Shown here: positions 1-12,513 of the stretch, piece after piece
How the letters are laid out: each line of letters begins with the position of its first letter
Position numbering within the stretch: position 1 is the stretch's first letter
DNA from: Octopus bimaculoides
Lineage: Eukaryota
Direction of reading: 5' to 3'
Assembly: GCF_001194135.2 (NCBI RefSeq)
Contig: NC_069001.1
Coordinates: 37,851,450 to 37,909,183, forward strand
Length of the DNA stretch: 57,734 nt
Notes under the pieces: generated by a model
What the model saw: only the letters and a program-made list of their open reading frames with translations
What the model was told of the DNA's origin: nothing
The model's database searches: none
Position numbers and translations under genes: made by a program

Positions 1-39
<39 letters not shown>

Positions 40-963
40 TATATACATGTGTTCCATCTGATATATTTCTGGAAGGGAGAAAGTATACACTTGATGTATT
101 TGACATTATGCGTAAATAACTGAGACACGTATTCTCTTCAATCTTGTTATAACATCACTTAAAATGTTAGGAATCATAGACTGGTGTCATCATCATCACC
201 ACCATCATCATCATCATCATCATCATCATTTGATATCTGGTTTCCAAGCTGCCTTGGATTCTGCACTCTTTGATACTCCAACTGTTTCTATATTTGATTT
301 TACTGACTCTGAAGAAGTTCTGAGGATCCTTCTTGCTCATTTCCACCATTTAGACATTGAAAACATTCTTAATTACCTGAAATTGAAATAAATGTTTTGC
401 TCTTCAACATTTAACCAAAACTTGTCCTGACACAACCATAAACTACAGAATTCACAGACTTGATCAATGTCTGATAAAAGTTACACATTTTCCAACCTGA
501 TCTTCAAAGCTGTTTGCTTTGTATTTATATAATTTGTTGACATTATTTGATAATAAATATTAGATATTATAGGTTATGATGAAGTGAATGAGAGATGAAC
601 GATAAGATAACTTTATACATTAAATGCTAATGATGGTGGTTATGTCGTAAAGATGTGATGTAACCAATAGGTTGATGGTAGCCAAGTGAGAGGTAGTCGA
701 TTTCCCAATCATTGATACTGTTTCAATCTGATACCATATTGTAATATCAAAATTTCCATGTGTGACACATTGTTATTTATGATATCTAGAACAAACAACA
801 GAGCAACATATAAGTGGCAAATTAGACATGTTTATGAAAACGGTTATCAAGAAATACCTCGTTTATCCCCTCCAGTCTGTGACCACCACTACAGCAGAAC
901 CAGATCCACCAGAGACTTCCTACACCACCCACCTTATGTCTGACATAAGATCATCCAGACTAA
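1..963 (+). repeat. Duplicated 3' flank of a ZNF gene; the parent gene presumably lies left of the window
   Basis: 1-162 matches 2539-2702 and 6541-6680. 163-360 matches 6681-6857. 361-535 matches 7508-7710. 361-963 matches the reverse complement of 50630-51245, the flank of gene I. Confidence 0.9.
188..229 (+). repeat. (CAT)n/(CAC)n microsatellite
   Basis: 14 triplets here versus 7 in the paralogous copy at ~6705-6725. It produces the spurious poly-His and poly-Met ORFs. Confidence 0.95.
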
Positions 964-1843
964 TCCATAAAACAAGCCCTTGCCAAGGCGACCCTGCTGT
1001 CCCATCTTCATATGTCATCATGGACTGCACTCAGTCCATGCCACCGATAAAGCTTTGGTGGGCATTTTGGAACAACAAATCAATCCTTATAACTCAGACC
1101 AAGATTAAGGACCTGCGACAATTAGCGAAGGCAGCTGATAACTATTTTTTATCCGGTTGTGTTATGGTCAACGCCATAGGATCGGTTCCGAGACGTGGTA
1201 GAGTTAAGGTAGATGACCTATGTTTCTACCTCACAAAGTTTGGGAAAAAGGCCATCAGGTGTAAAGAACTATGTAACTTGAAGATCGATTGGCCATCGGC
1301 CCCAGGTGAACACCATTGAATACCTTGGTGATCGGCAAAGACGTTCAGCTGTTCCTGTATGTCCACGATCGGAGCTCTGGATGGGAGTTCCCAATCGACA
1401 CAGGAGAAGAAGTCAGCGTCATCCCAGCAATGAAAAAGGACTTCGTTACGAAAAGCTAGGCCGCCAAAGATCCCAGAATCGAGACGTGCCATCACCGCAT
1501 CGTTTCTCTTCACATTGGTTCCCAAGCATACATATGACCATTCAATGGTCGCTGATGTCCATCAGCCCATTATCCAAACCCACTTTCTTCGGCTCACTCA
1601 TAACTGGTTGATCTTCAGGGGAGACAACTCGTCAACAGCAACACAGGCTTCCGCCTCTCTTGCACATGCCGCCCCACGCATAGCAACCGTCGCTCTGACC
1701 GAGAACGAATTTTTGAATCTCTTTGCGAGCTGCCACGACATTTTCCAAACCCACAGAAACTATGTGAGGCACCACATCCCCACCACCGGCTCCCCAGTGC
1801 AAAACCACACGCGACGGCTCTGCACAAAATTGTGGTTATGGTA
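964..1843 (+). mobile_element. Degenerate Ty3/Gypsy LTR-retrotransposon gag-protease fragment
   Basis: Gag C-terminal-like DDLCFYLTKFGKKAIRCKELC. Retropepsin motif LFLYVHDRSSGWEFPIDTGEEVSVIPA (DTG at 1397-1405). Then VADVHQPII, LVDLQGRQLVNSNTG and VRHHIPTTGSPVQNHTRRL in shifting frames with stops. No LTR identified. Confidence 0.85.
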
Positions 1844-1901
1844 AACATTTATCATTCACTCCTCCACAACAAGAGTGACGCGACCCTAACCCTATACCCT
1901 A

Positions 1902-2125
1902 AGTCTATGCTCAAAACAGCCACTTAACTGCTCACAAACGTTCTCATACAGGAGAGAAACCATTCCAGTGTGACATCTGCAATAAATCGTTCCTTGCAAA
2001 TGGTGAATTGACCCGTCATAAACGTTCTCATACAGGAGAGAGGCCATGCCATTGTGATTTCTGATAAATCATTCTCTCAAAAAGGCCACTTAAATAAACA
2101 CATACGAATTCATACAAAACAGTAA
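1902..2125 (+). pseudogene. ZNF-A: isolated 3' fragment (last ~2.5 fingers) of a B-like gene
   Basis: Nearly identical to 6075-6300 ([30 protein letters not shown]). It has a 2-nt deletion in the last finger, no 5' part, and a TAA at 2123-2125. Confidence 0.9.
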
Positions 2126-2702
2126 CGAGCTCATTATCAGAATGGAGTTTGTGATAAATGCAGTGCATGATGTAGAATATTTGTTCATGATGATCAAATG
2201 AATTTTTCCCAGTTTTTCAGACAAGAAAACATAAATTTACTCATCAAAAATTGAAAACAACACATTTACTGCATTGTGTTTATGAAAACTATCAAGATTC
2301 ACTGAATGAAAAATTCTGCATGATAAAACTATAAATATATTNNNNNNNNNNNNNNNNNNNNNNNNNNNNNNNNNNNNNNNNNNNNNNNNNNNNNNNNNNN
2401 NNNNNNNNNNNNNNNNNNNNNNNNNNNNNNNNNNNNNNNNNNNNNNNNNNNNNNNNNNNNNNNNNNNNNNNNNNNNNNNNNNNNNNNNNNNNNNNNNNNN
2501 NNNNNNNNNNNNNNNNNNNNNNNNNNNNNNNNNNNNNNATATATATATATATATATATATATACATACATACACACATATATAAATGTGTGTTCCATCTG
2601 ATATATTTCTGGAAGGGAGAAAGTATACACTTGATGTATTTGACATTATGCGCAAATAACTGAGACACGTATTCTCTTCAATCTTGTTATAAAATCACTT
2701 AA
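2126..2702 (+). repeat. Duplicated ZNF 3'UTR/flank, interrupted by gap 2342-2538
   Basis: 2126-2341 matches 6301-6515. 2539-2702 matches 1-162 and 6541-6680. Confidence 0.9.
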
Positions 2703-3379
2703 ATTGCCAAAAACCCCAGCATTTCGGATACGGAGGTTTCAGAAAATTGCTAATAGTCGGAATTTTGAAATTTTTTGTCCACACCCCCTTACCCCTCCAA
2801 TTTCTTTATTTTTCACTTTTTTTCTGTAACCCGAAAGCTAAAAGTAGTACAAACGTACGAACGATGTCATAAATAACGATGAGAAACGAAATTTAGACCA
2901 CCGATAGTTGTCGACAAACAACAGCAGTAATTTTATTCAGCTGAATCGACGTCATTGATTGGTTGAAATTACTGAAATACAACATCTTTAACACGAAATA
3001 ACTATGTAAATAGAATCTTTCCTCAGCAACGTTAAGGGTAAACGATGTTCTATGTGACACATTCTACCAGTATCCGAAGTTTGAAAGTGGTTAGTTAAAA
3101 AAAAAAATCCGTCAACGGTCCTGGGGTCGGGGAGCTATATGTAGAGTCCATGCAAATTATTGACAACGAACTAACTGGAGACAGGTGCTAACACGCGAGC
3201 TGTTCCGGTCTGGAGGAATTTCTCAAGACCAACCATCCGGTCGATTGCTTTCGCCCTCACTTTATATAAATTCTGTTTTCTGACTGGGTTGAAAGGATGA
3301 AACTTTAAATCTGTGAAACTATTTGGAAACATTTTTTCCCTATAATATATTTCTATGAATTGTTTTCTACAAAGGAGAG

Positions 3380-4068
3380 TATAGAAATCACATTTTGTAT
3401 TGAGTACGACATTGCGGTGCGGCATCGAAGCCCGCTTGGCCTTTGTGTTGGCTGGCCATCCACGATCACCAGTTAAAACGGTGGAAACAAGGGAGTTTGA
3501 ATATATAAAAAAAAAAACAGCCTTCTTTTCAATTAGTTTACGACAATTAATATGTAAGTATTATTAATAGAAACAACATTTACATTGTTTTGGTCGTGTC
3601 ATTTTCCTACTATATATCTTTGTTTTGATGTATTCAAAGATGTCTTAATCCTCATCCGATCGGCTATCACGGGTTTTCAAACTTTTTGACTTGAGGACCC
3701 CTTTATATTTCGGGCTTTACCTTAGGGACCCCCTTATAAACGCTTATGAAATTTATACATAAATATTTGCTTAAAATAACATTTTTGCATTTATTTATTT
3801 AACAGTATTTAACAAATAGGTTTATTGTCAATTAAAAGATTTCGATTAAAAAACATATATAAAATCAAATTGCCCATAAAAAGTATTTGCTGTCCACGGA
3901 TCCCTGTCTTGTCCTTGCGGACCACAGTTTGAAAACCCCTGGGCTATCACATATGTAATAGAAGTAAATTGAAAAACTTGCTTTACCTGACATTAACTAT
4001 TGTTGTCTTAATACTTCCACTGTTTTCCTTTCCACACTCCTTTTCAATTATCGTTATCCACCACCACC
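3380..4068 (+). promoter_or_regulatory. ZNF upstream module copy M1 (type 2), upstream of B
   Basis: Core attaatatGTAAGTattattaatagaaacaac...ttttcctttcca...caattatcgttatcc, with GTAAGT at 3554-3559. Its 5' part matches the reverse complement of 54200-54420. It is split by a hAT MITE. Function is inferred from position only. Confidence 0.6.
3670..3941. mobile_element. hAT-type MITE inserted in module M1
   Basis: Ends are (c)gggttttcaaact and agtttgaaaacccctg. 8-bp TSD GGCTATCA at 3662-3669 and 3942-3949. Other module copies show the empty site (cggctgtcacatatg). Confidence 0.85.
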
Positions 4069-4889
4069 NNNNNNNNNNNNNNNNNNNNNNNNNNNNNNNN
4101 NNNNNNNNNNNNNNNNNNNNNNNNNNNNNNNNNNNNNNNNNNNNNNNNNNNNNNNNNNNNNNNNNNNNNNNNNNNNNNNNNNNNNNNNNNNNNNNNNNNN
4201 NNNNNNNNNNNNNNNNNNNNNNNNNNNNNNNNNNNNNNNNNNNNNNNNNNNNNNNNNNNNNNNNNNNNNNNNNNNNNNNNNNNNNNNNNNNNNNNNNNNN
4301 NNNNNNNNNNNNNNNNNNNNNNNNNNNNNNNNNNNNNNNNNNNNNNNNNNNNNNNNNNNNNNNNNNNNNNNNNNNNNNNNNNNNNNNNNNNNNNNNNNNN
4401 NNNNNNNNNNNNNNNNNNNNNNNNNNNNNNNNNNNNNNNNNNNNNNNNNNNNNNNNNNNNNNNNNNNNNNNNNNNNNNNNNNNNNNNNNNNNNNNNNNNN
4501 NNNNNNNNNNNNNNNNNNNNNNNNNNNNNNNNNNNNNNNNNNNNNNNNNNNNNNNNNNNNNNNNNNNNNNNNNNNNNNNNNNNNNNNNNNNNNNNNNNNN
4601 NNNNNNNNNNNNNNNNNNNNNNNNNNNNNNNNNNNNNNNNNNNNNNNNNNNNNNNNNNNNNNNNNNNNNNNNNNNNNNNNNNNNNNNNNNNNNNNNNNNN
4701 NNNNNNNNNNNNNNNNNNNNNNNNNNNNNNNNNNNNNNNNNNNNNNNNNNNNNNNNNNNNNNNNNNNNNNNNNNNNNNNNNNNNNNNNNNNNNNNNNNNN
4801 NNNNNNNNNNNNNNNNNNNNNNNNNNNNNNNNNNNNNNNNNNNNNNNNNNNNNNNNNNNNNNNNNNNNNNNNNNNNNNNNNNNNNNNNN

Positions 4890-5645
4890 CAGTGTGATAT
4901 CTGTTATAAATCATTCTCTCAAAAGTCTAACTTAACTATTCACAAGCAAGTTCATACAGGAGAGAAACCATATCAGTGTGATATCTGTGATAAATCATTC
5001 TCTCTTAAGCATACATTAAGTTCTCACAGACGCATTCATACAGGAGAGAAATCATATCAGTGTGATATCTGTGATAAATCATTTTTACAAATAGGTAACT
5101 TAACTGCTCACATGCACGTTCATACAGGAGAGAAACCATATCAGTGTGATATCTGTTATAAATCATTCTCTCAAAAGTCTAACTTAACTACTCACAAGCA
5201 TGTTCATACAGGAGAGAAACCATATCAGTGTGATATCTGTGATAAATCATTCTCTCTTAAGCATACATTAAGTTCTCACAGACGCATTCATACAGGAGAG
5301 AAACCATATCAGTGTGATATCTGTGATAAATCATTTTTACAAATAGGTAACTTAACTGCTCACATGCACGTTCATACAGGAGAGAAACCATATCAGTGTG
5401 ATATCTGTTATAAATCATTCTCTCAAAAGTCTAACTTGACTATTCACAAGCACGTTCATACAGGAGAGAAACCATATCAGTGTGATATCTGTGATAAATC
5501 ATTCTCTCTAAAACATACATTAAGTTCTCACAAACGCATTCATACAGGAGAGAAACCATATCAGTGTGATATATGTGATAAATCATTCTCTCAAAAGTCT
5601 AACTTAACTACTCACAAACGCATTCATACAGGAGAGAAACCATAG
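4890..5645 (+). CDS. ZNF-B, 5'-partial C2H2 ZNF; 9 visible fingers ending at a premature TAG
   Basis: CxxC..HxxxH fingers with TGEKP linkers arranged as a 252-bp, 3-finger repeat. The start is hidden in gap 4069-4889. TAG at 5643-5645 replaces a linker Tyr. Confidence 0.85.
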   Translation, partial: QCDICYKSFSQKSNLTIHKQVHTGEKPYQCDICDKSFSLKHTLSSHRRIHTGEKSYQCDICDKSFLQIGNLTAHMHVHTGEKPYQCDICYKSFSQKSNLTTHKHVHTGEKPYQCDICDKSFSLKHTLSSHRRIHTGEKPYQCDICDKSFLQIGNLTAHMHVHTGEKPYQCDICYKSFSQKSNLTIHKHVHTGEKPYQCDICDKSFSLKHTLSSHKRIHTGEKPYQCDICDKSFSQKSNLTTHKRIHTGEKP

Positions 5646-6300
<655 letters not shown>

Positions 6301-7124
6301 CGAGCTCATTATCAGAATGGAGTTTGTGATAAATGCAGTGCATGATGTAGAATATTTGTTCATGATGATCAAATGGATTTTTCCCAGTTTTTCAGACAAG
6401 AAAACATAAATTTACTCATCAAAAATTGAAAACAACACATTTACTGCATTGTGTTTATGAAAACTATCAAGATTCATTGAATGAAAAATTGTGCATGATA
6501 AAACTATAAATATATTCCCCTTTCCAAGAAGATATCACAGATATATATATATATATATATATATAATGTTCCATCTGATATATTTCTGGAAGGGAGAAGG
6601 TATACACTTGATGTATTTGACATTATGCGTAAATAACTGAGACACGTATTCTCTTCAATCTTGTTATAACATCACTTAAAATGTTAGAAATCATAGACTG
6701 GTGTCATCATCACCACCATCATCATTTGATATCTGGTTTCCAAGCTGCCTTGGATTCTGCACTCTTTGATACTCCAACTGTTTCTATATTTGATTTTACT
6801 GACTCTGAAGAACCTCTGAGGATCCTTCTTACTCATTTCCACCATTTAGACATTGTAATCATGGCTGGCTATTCATTCTAACACCAATCACTTTACACAG
6901 TGTCCTGGGACAGTAAATGGACACTTAACAAAGATCCAAAATATAGATATACAGCCTAGTCTCCATGTCTGGCAACAGATTAACATCCATTTTGCCCTCC
7001 TAGCATCGATGGATGTATCTTTTTTAGCTCTGTATGTTACCAACCATTTCCTGTCGTTTGTCATATCACGTGTGTGGTTCACGATCTGATAGCTTTAGCT
7101 TCTGGACATTTCGCTCCATATGTT

Positions 7125-7372
7125 ACGTATTCTGGACCTTCTATACATTGTTTCATGTATCTTATGTATATTCTGCTTTAAATGTTATTATGGATGTATC
7201 CCACCAAGGGACCAGTTCTGATGTTGGTTTTCGTTTCTACAGTTTTATCATTTCTTTTATTTCTAGTATGATTCCTTCATGACTTGAGGGTTAAACTGAA
7301 TGTTTATTTGCAAGTATGAATGAAACCTTAAACTTGATATAAATGCAAAATGAATGACGTAATTTCTGAATC
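7125..7372 (+). repeat. Dispersed repeat of unknown class
   Basis: Aligns by eye with ~25150-25400 (gtatcccaccaagggacca...ttctagtatgattccttcatg). This copy lies within a ~650-bp insertion (6858-7508) absent from the paralogous flank at 1-535. Confidence 0.75.
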
Positions 7373-7717
7373 ATCATCATAGTCATCAGTGTTTTAATGT
7401 CCATTCTACAGGCTGGTATGGGTTTGATATGTCTGTTACACAAGATATCAGCACATTTTCTCAATTGTGAGGCCCAGGATCTTGGGTTCTGACCTCGTTA
7501 TTCTTTGTAAATATTCTTAATTACTTGAAATTGAAATAAATCTGGTTTTGCTCTTCAATTATTCTCCTGTTATTCTAAATGTAGAACATTTAACCAAAAC
7601 TTGTCCTGACACAACCATAAACTACAGAATTCACAGACTTGATCAATGTCTGATAAAAGTTACACATTTTCCAAACTCATCTTCAAAGCTGTTTGATTTG
7701 TATTTATATGTTACGTA

Positions 7718-8760
7718 GAAGCACCACTGATGCTATATTCCTGGTATAGCAACTGCAGAGGAAATAACCAGCCAAAAAGAAACCCCTATACTTGGCTTTT
7801 GTGGACTTGGAGAAAGCCTTTGACAGGGTCCCCCGATCTCTTATCTGGTGGGAGATGCAGGAACTAGGGATTGATGAATTGTTAAGAAAAGTTGTACAGA
7901 AATGCCATTAGTAAGGTCAGGGTTGGCAATGAATATAGTGAAGAATTCTGGGTAGAAGTAGGGGTCTACCAAAGATCAGCACTCAGCCCCCTCTAATTCA
8001 TCATAGTCTTCCAAGCAATAACAGATGAATTCAAGACAGGTTACCGCTGGGAGCTCCTCTATGCTGATGACTTAGCCTTCATAGCAGAATCATTACCAGA
8101 ACTAGAGAAGAAATTTCAGGTGCAGAAGCTAGGTTTAGAATCGAAGGGCCTTAGAGTCAGTGTCGCAAAAACCAAAGTCCTAGTAAGTAGGAAGGTGAAA
8201 AAATCACAAACCCCTTCAGATTGATGGTCCTGCTGAATCTGTAGAAAAGGTGTAGGTAGAAACTCAATAAGATGTACCCAGTGTAAGCTGTGGACGCATA
8301 AGAGGTGCAGCAACATCAAAAGAAGGTTAACCAGGAAGACAGCTTTCGTGTGTGGCAGATGCACTGGGGCAGTAAACATCATATGCTCAGAAAACAGATT
8401 CCATCACATGCCAGTGAGAGAAACTAGAAGTAGTTGATAGCTTCTGCTACCTAGGTGACCAAGTCTGTAGTGGGGGTGGATGTTCTGATAGTGTAGCGGC
8501 TAGAATAAGAATAGCCTGGGCAAAGTTCAGAAAGCTCCTACCTCTATTGGTGACAAAGGACATCTCGCTCAGAGTGAAAGGTAGATTGTATGATGCATGT
8601 GTGTGAACTGCCATGCTTCACAGCAATGAAACATGGGCTGTGACTGCTGGAGATATGCATAGGCTCGAAAGAAATGAAGCTAGCATGATCAACTGGATGT
8701 GTAATGTCAATGTGCACAGATGACAGAGTGTAAGCGCCCTCAGAGAAAAGTTGGACATAA
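7718..8760 (+). mobile_element. Degenerate RTE-clade LINE reverse transcriptase fragment
   Basis: RSTTDAIF, LYLAFVDLEKAFDRVP, ELLYADDLAFIAES (YADD at 8060-8071), KGLRVSVAKTKVL, DSFCYLGDQV, with stops and frameshifts. Confidence 0.9.
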
Positions 8761-8959
8761 GATTTAACGAATTGACTAACTCTAAAGAAGTTATATTGAA
8801 TCAGTGTGTGTGTCATTATTAGCATAATCACCCTCTTAAGTCAAGCTTTGTTTCAGCACACTAATTCACATTGAGAATCTTGCAAACCAAATACGAAAAC
8901 AAAGTATATATACGTGTGTGTAAATATATATCAAACTGTTTGATCAAATGATGACAGTT

Positions 8960-9285
8960 ACAGAGAGGGCCATTGCCCACCTGATTAGGAGGAGAATTAG
9001 TCTAGATGAGATGCAGTTTGGTTTTGTGTCAAGTAGAAGCAGCACTGATGCTATATTCTGGTAAGGCAGCTCCAGGAGAAATACATAGTCAAAGATACAG
9101 CTCTGTACTTGGCTTTTGTTGACTTGGACAAAGCTTTTGAAGGGTCCCCTGGTCACTTATCTGGTGGTCAATGCAGAAACTAGGGATAGACAAGTGGTTG
9201 GTGAGAGCAGTACAAACTATGTACAGGGATGCCATCAGTAAAGTGAGGGTTGGCAACGAGTACAGCAATGAATTCGGGTACAAGG
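8960..9285 (+). mobile_element. Second RTE LINE RT fragment
   Basis: DEMQFGFV, LYLAFVDLDKAF, MQKLGIDKWLVRAVQTMYRDAISKVRVGNEYS. Confidence 0.85.
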
Positions 9286-10278
9286 AATTGATCAGAATGA
9301 CACGTGGAAGACCAGCAGAACTGCAATTCATTGTTCCCGAAATTGAAATCCTCAACCGTGAATCAGTCATCGAGGAATCGTGAAATATCAACCAATTAGC
9401 CAAATCACAACACGAGATTCTTCAGTGGTTGTCATGGCATTGACTAATTGTGAATTTATACATGTGCAAAATGTGTAATTCGTCATGTTATCTTACAACA
9501 GTATTCATGTTGTTTAACAGGAAGTTGACTTAGGGTTAAGTGAAAATAAAAAAATTGTGGAGATTGGAAATGCCTGAGGGATAAAATGTTGCTATATTTG
9601 AGGTGGAGGTAAATGACATGGACCTCATCCCATTTCGGTTTTTTGGGGGTAGAGATTTCTACTGAAACCCACTTTTTCTACTGCGGAGATTCCGAATGTG
9701 CAAAAAAATCGGCATTTCAAAATTTTCCGAAGATGGGGGACCTTTGTAAATTTTTTTACATTAGTGTTAAAACTATGGAATTCATGTCAATCAATACCCA
9801 CTCTATTCAATATTGTTTATTATTCAATTCAACAAGGAATGACAAAGGTTTATTGAAAATCCGTTTATTTGTTCGGAAGAGTGGATTGATTACATTATGT
9901 TATCGCAGTTTTGTAAGATTTGGCTGTTATTTCTAGCATGTGGATAGCCTACTTGAAGGCATGGGGGTGTACATATGGGAGAATGTACGAAAAAAAAAAA
10001 ACAACAGACGAGGACAGGTGGTGTAAACAACAAAAGGATGTATTAGTTTGACGCTCGGGAATACAGAAAGTCTTTAACGTTTCGAGCTACGTTCTTCAAC
10101 AGAAAGAATACGGAGAAAAAAACAAAAAAAACACGGAGAATCGTCTTAATCACCATGATTGTTTTTTTTTTTCCACAAATAAAAATAATTACAACACACC
10201 AATGCAAGGATGGTACTAATTATTTCAGCGGTGTAAAGAAATAATAGGTACCTTCCTCACGGTGACTTTATATATATT

Positions 10279-10800
10279 GTGACATCTTCGTCATTGGCTC
10301 TGTATTAATATGTAAGTATTATTAACAGAAACAACATTTACATTGTATAAGTTGTGTCATTTTTCCTACTATATCTCTTTGTTTTGATGTGTTCGAAGAC
10401 AGAAGAAAGAAAGTGAAGAAATTTTCCTTAAAGTAACGATGTTGTCTTAATCCTCAAACGGGTCGGCTGTCACATATGTAATAGAAGTGAGTTGAAAAAC
10501 TTGCATTAGTTGATATTACTTATTGTTGTCTTAATATTTACACTGTTTTCCTTTCCAAATTCCATTTCAATTATCGTTATCCACCCAGATCTTAATATTA
10601 ATACAAAAAGAAAGTCTGTATTTCTTATTGTCACTATTTACCTTTATTCCTATCATGTAGACTTAACTTTTCTCCAACATCGCTATTTTAAAGTAATTTT
10701 AATGTTGATAGTCAAAGATCGATGATAATTATCAATAGTCCAGCTGATAATTACTGCGAACAAAATTGATTTCCGATTAAAATTAAAAAACAAAAAAACA
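10279..10800 (+). promoter_or_regulatory. ZNF upstream module copy M2 (type 1), upstream of C
   Basis: gtgacatcttCGTCATTGGctctgtattaatatGTAAGT (10312-10317) and tagaaGTGAGTtgaaaaac. Extended similarity to the reverse complement of 44860-45330. Confidence 0.65.
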
Positions 10801-11039
10801 GACGTATTAAAAGTGTTATTAAAACTTTTCCAAAACTTGCGTTTAAAGAGCTAAAATGTTCCACTCCAATATATTTTTGTGTTTTATTCACAAACAGCAA
10901 ATCCTGTAATCTCTATGAGACATAAAAATTCCTCATGGATAAATATACAATCTATTATGATATTTTAGAATCAAACAACAGAAATATTATGTTAAACACA
11001 AACAAATGACTAAACATCAACTTTTTACATTGAGACCTG

Positions 11040-11095
11040 GGTACTACTAAAGCAGCGCGACTGCGCGTTCGGGTCCGCGCTGCTTTAGTAGTACC
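11040..11095. mobile_element. 56-bp miniature inverted-repeat element (GG-ended, Merlin/MULE-like)
   Basis: TIR GGTACTACTAAAGCAGCGCG. 8-bp TSD GAGACCTG at 11032-11039 and 11096-11103. Same TIR as 33576-33754. The paralogous site near H (44616-44623) is empty. Confidence 0.85.
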
Positions 11096-11327
11096 GAGAC
11101 CTGTTTTTATTTGTGATTTCGTATTTGTTTTCTCACACGTTAATATATTTGTGCTGAGCTGAGTTTTATTTAAAGTGTTACGTTGGTTTCACCATGTTGA
11201 GAAAGTGAAGAAGGTTTTCGTAACTTGCGTTTTAAGCAAGATGATTTTAATTCTCCACTTCATTGTTTATCCTGACATACCAAAGGAAAATCAATAACAT
11301 ATCACCATCTGTCCCTGTATGTATATG

Positions 11328-11330
<3 letters not shown>

Positions 11331-11392
<62 letters not shown>
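11331..11392. repeat. (AT)n microsatellite
   Basis: About 31 uninterrupted AT units. Many other (TA)n and (CA)n tracts occur in the window. Confidence 0.95.
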
Positions 11393-11395
<3 letters not shown>

Positions 11396-12410
11396 CTAGC
11401 CTTGAAGCCACCGTTTGGGCAGCGTTCAAGCTAGTTCCTGCGGAGGGCACCTTTGAGGCTTTCAGCCTCACTCTCGGGACGCTTTGCGACCCTCAACCCT
11501 TGTGTATTGGACCCTAACACATTCATTGTACATGTATCTCTTGGTATTAATTATCTGATACCCCATTCCAAACTCCCTACCCAACATATACCCACACACC
11601 CATACCTAAACCCCATGTCCCATTAACTTGTTTCTGCAAATTTGCTAAGCATAGTTAGGACTTACCCTGGGATTAGGCGAGTTGCTGGTGTGAGTCTCGT
11701 TGTCTTTGAGGAGTTAACGCACATAAAAACATAATTGATACACATACACATACACACACCTGCTTCAAACTGGACTCCATCCAAGCAGCTCAATGAATAT
11801 GATTCTCATCATTATCGTCTCCATCATATGATTGGGAAAAAAGTTGTAGCTATAACATCTAAATTATTTTGTGGGGAGAAAGACATGACTGGATGGGTAG
11901 ACTGAGGGATAAAAATGGAGGAGAATGACAGCCTTGGTGGGAATTTATTTACAGTTCTGCTAAGGTTAGGTTTGGGATTGGGTATTCTTTACATATTGTG
12001 TGATGGACTCTCACACACATACACACACACACCTATATGTTGTCTGGCTCACCAACTCCTGTCAAGCTGTTGAAACCATGCCTCAATGGAAGACAGATAT
12101 TAAATGGTTATGATGATGATATATATACATATTTACACATAGATAAGCATGCATTGATACACACACACACACATCATACACTCGTTCTTCTATAAACAAG
12201 CTGTGTATTTGTCCCAGGTGAGAAGCTGCTATCAAGTTCTCACTCTGTGTCTAACAGAACAGCTTTACTGTTGTCTTGAACGACAGGAGACTTTGGAGAT
12301 GTTGAAATTTGGTAAAATATAAAAAGAGTTGGCATTTCCAGCGGTCCAAAGATGTCAATGCATGTTTTGTCAGCAAGAAGAAACACAGATGGATGAGGTC
12401 CATTGTCCTG

Positions 12411-12513
12411 GTAAAGGTTTATATCTACAGTTTATCAATATAGAAGAAATGTTGTAAAATGTCTACTTTTTAAGTATCCTCGATATTTTCTATTTTGTTC
12501 TCTCTTATTTCAG
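12411..12513 (+). other. Putative conserved ~100-nt intron just upstream of the large ZNF exon (example from C)
   Basis: cattgtcctg|GTAAAG ... polypyrimidine ttatttCAG|aatatcagatgac. The equivalent acceptor is seen for D (18620), E (21586), F (29615), G (36821), H (44285) and I (53367). G has CAG|GTAAAG and F has TAG|GTAAGG at the donor. Confidence 0.6.

Noticed and set aside
164-391. Poly-His ORF, and the antisense poly-Met ORF at 167-349
   Set aside because: Produced by a (CAT)n microsatellite in a duplicated 3' flank. The paralogue at 6681-6881 differs in repeat length and ending.
3969-4889. 558-aa ORF start MKNLLYLT joined to ZNF-B
   Set aside because: Artefact of translating through N's. 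The N-terminal part is the non-coding module.
7718-9285. RTE fragments as shared markers of the B-C / I-H inversion (vs 49180-50500)
   Set aside because: They have the same relative orientation but different insertion points in the flank and different extents, so they are probably independent insertions.
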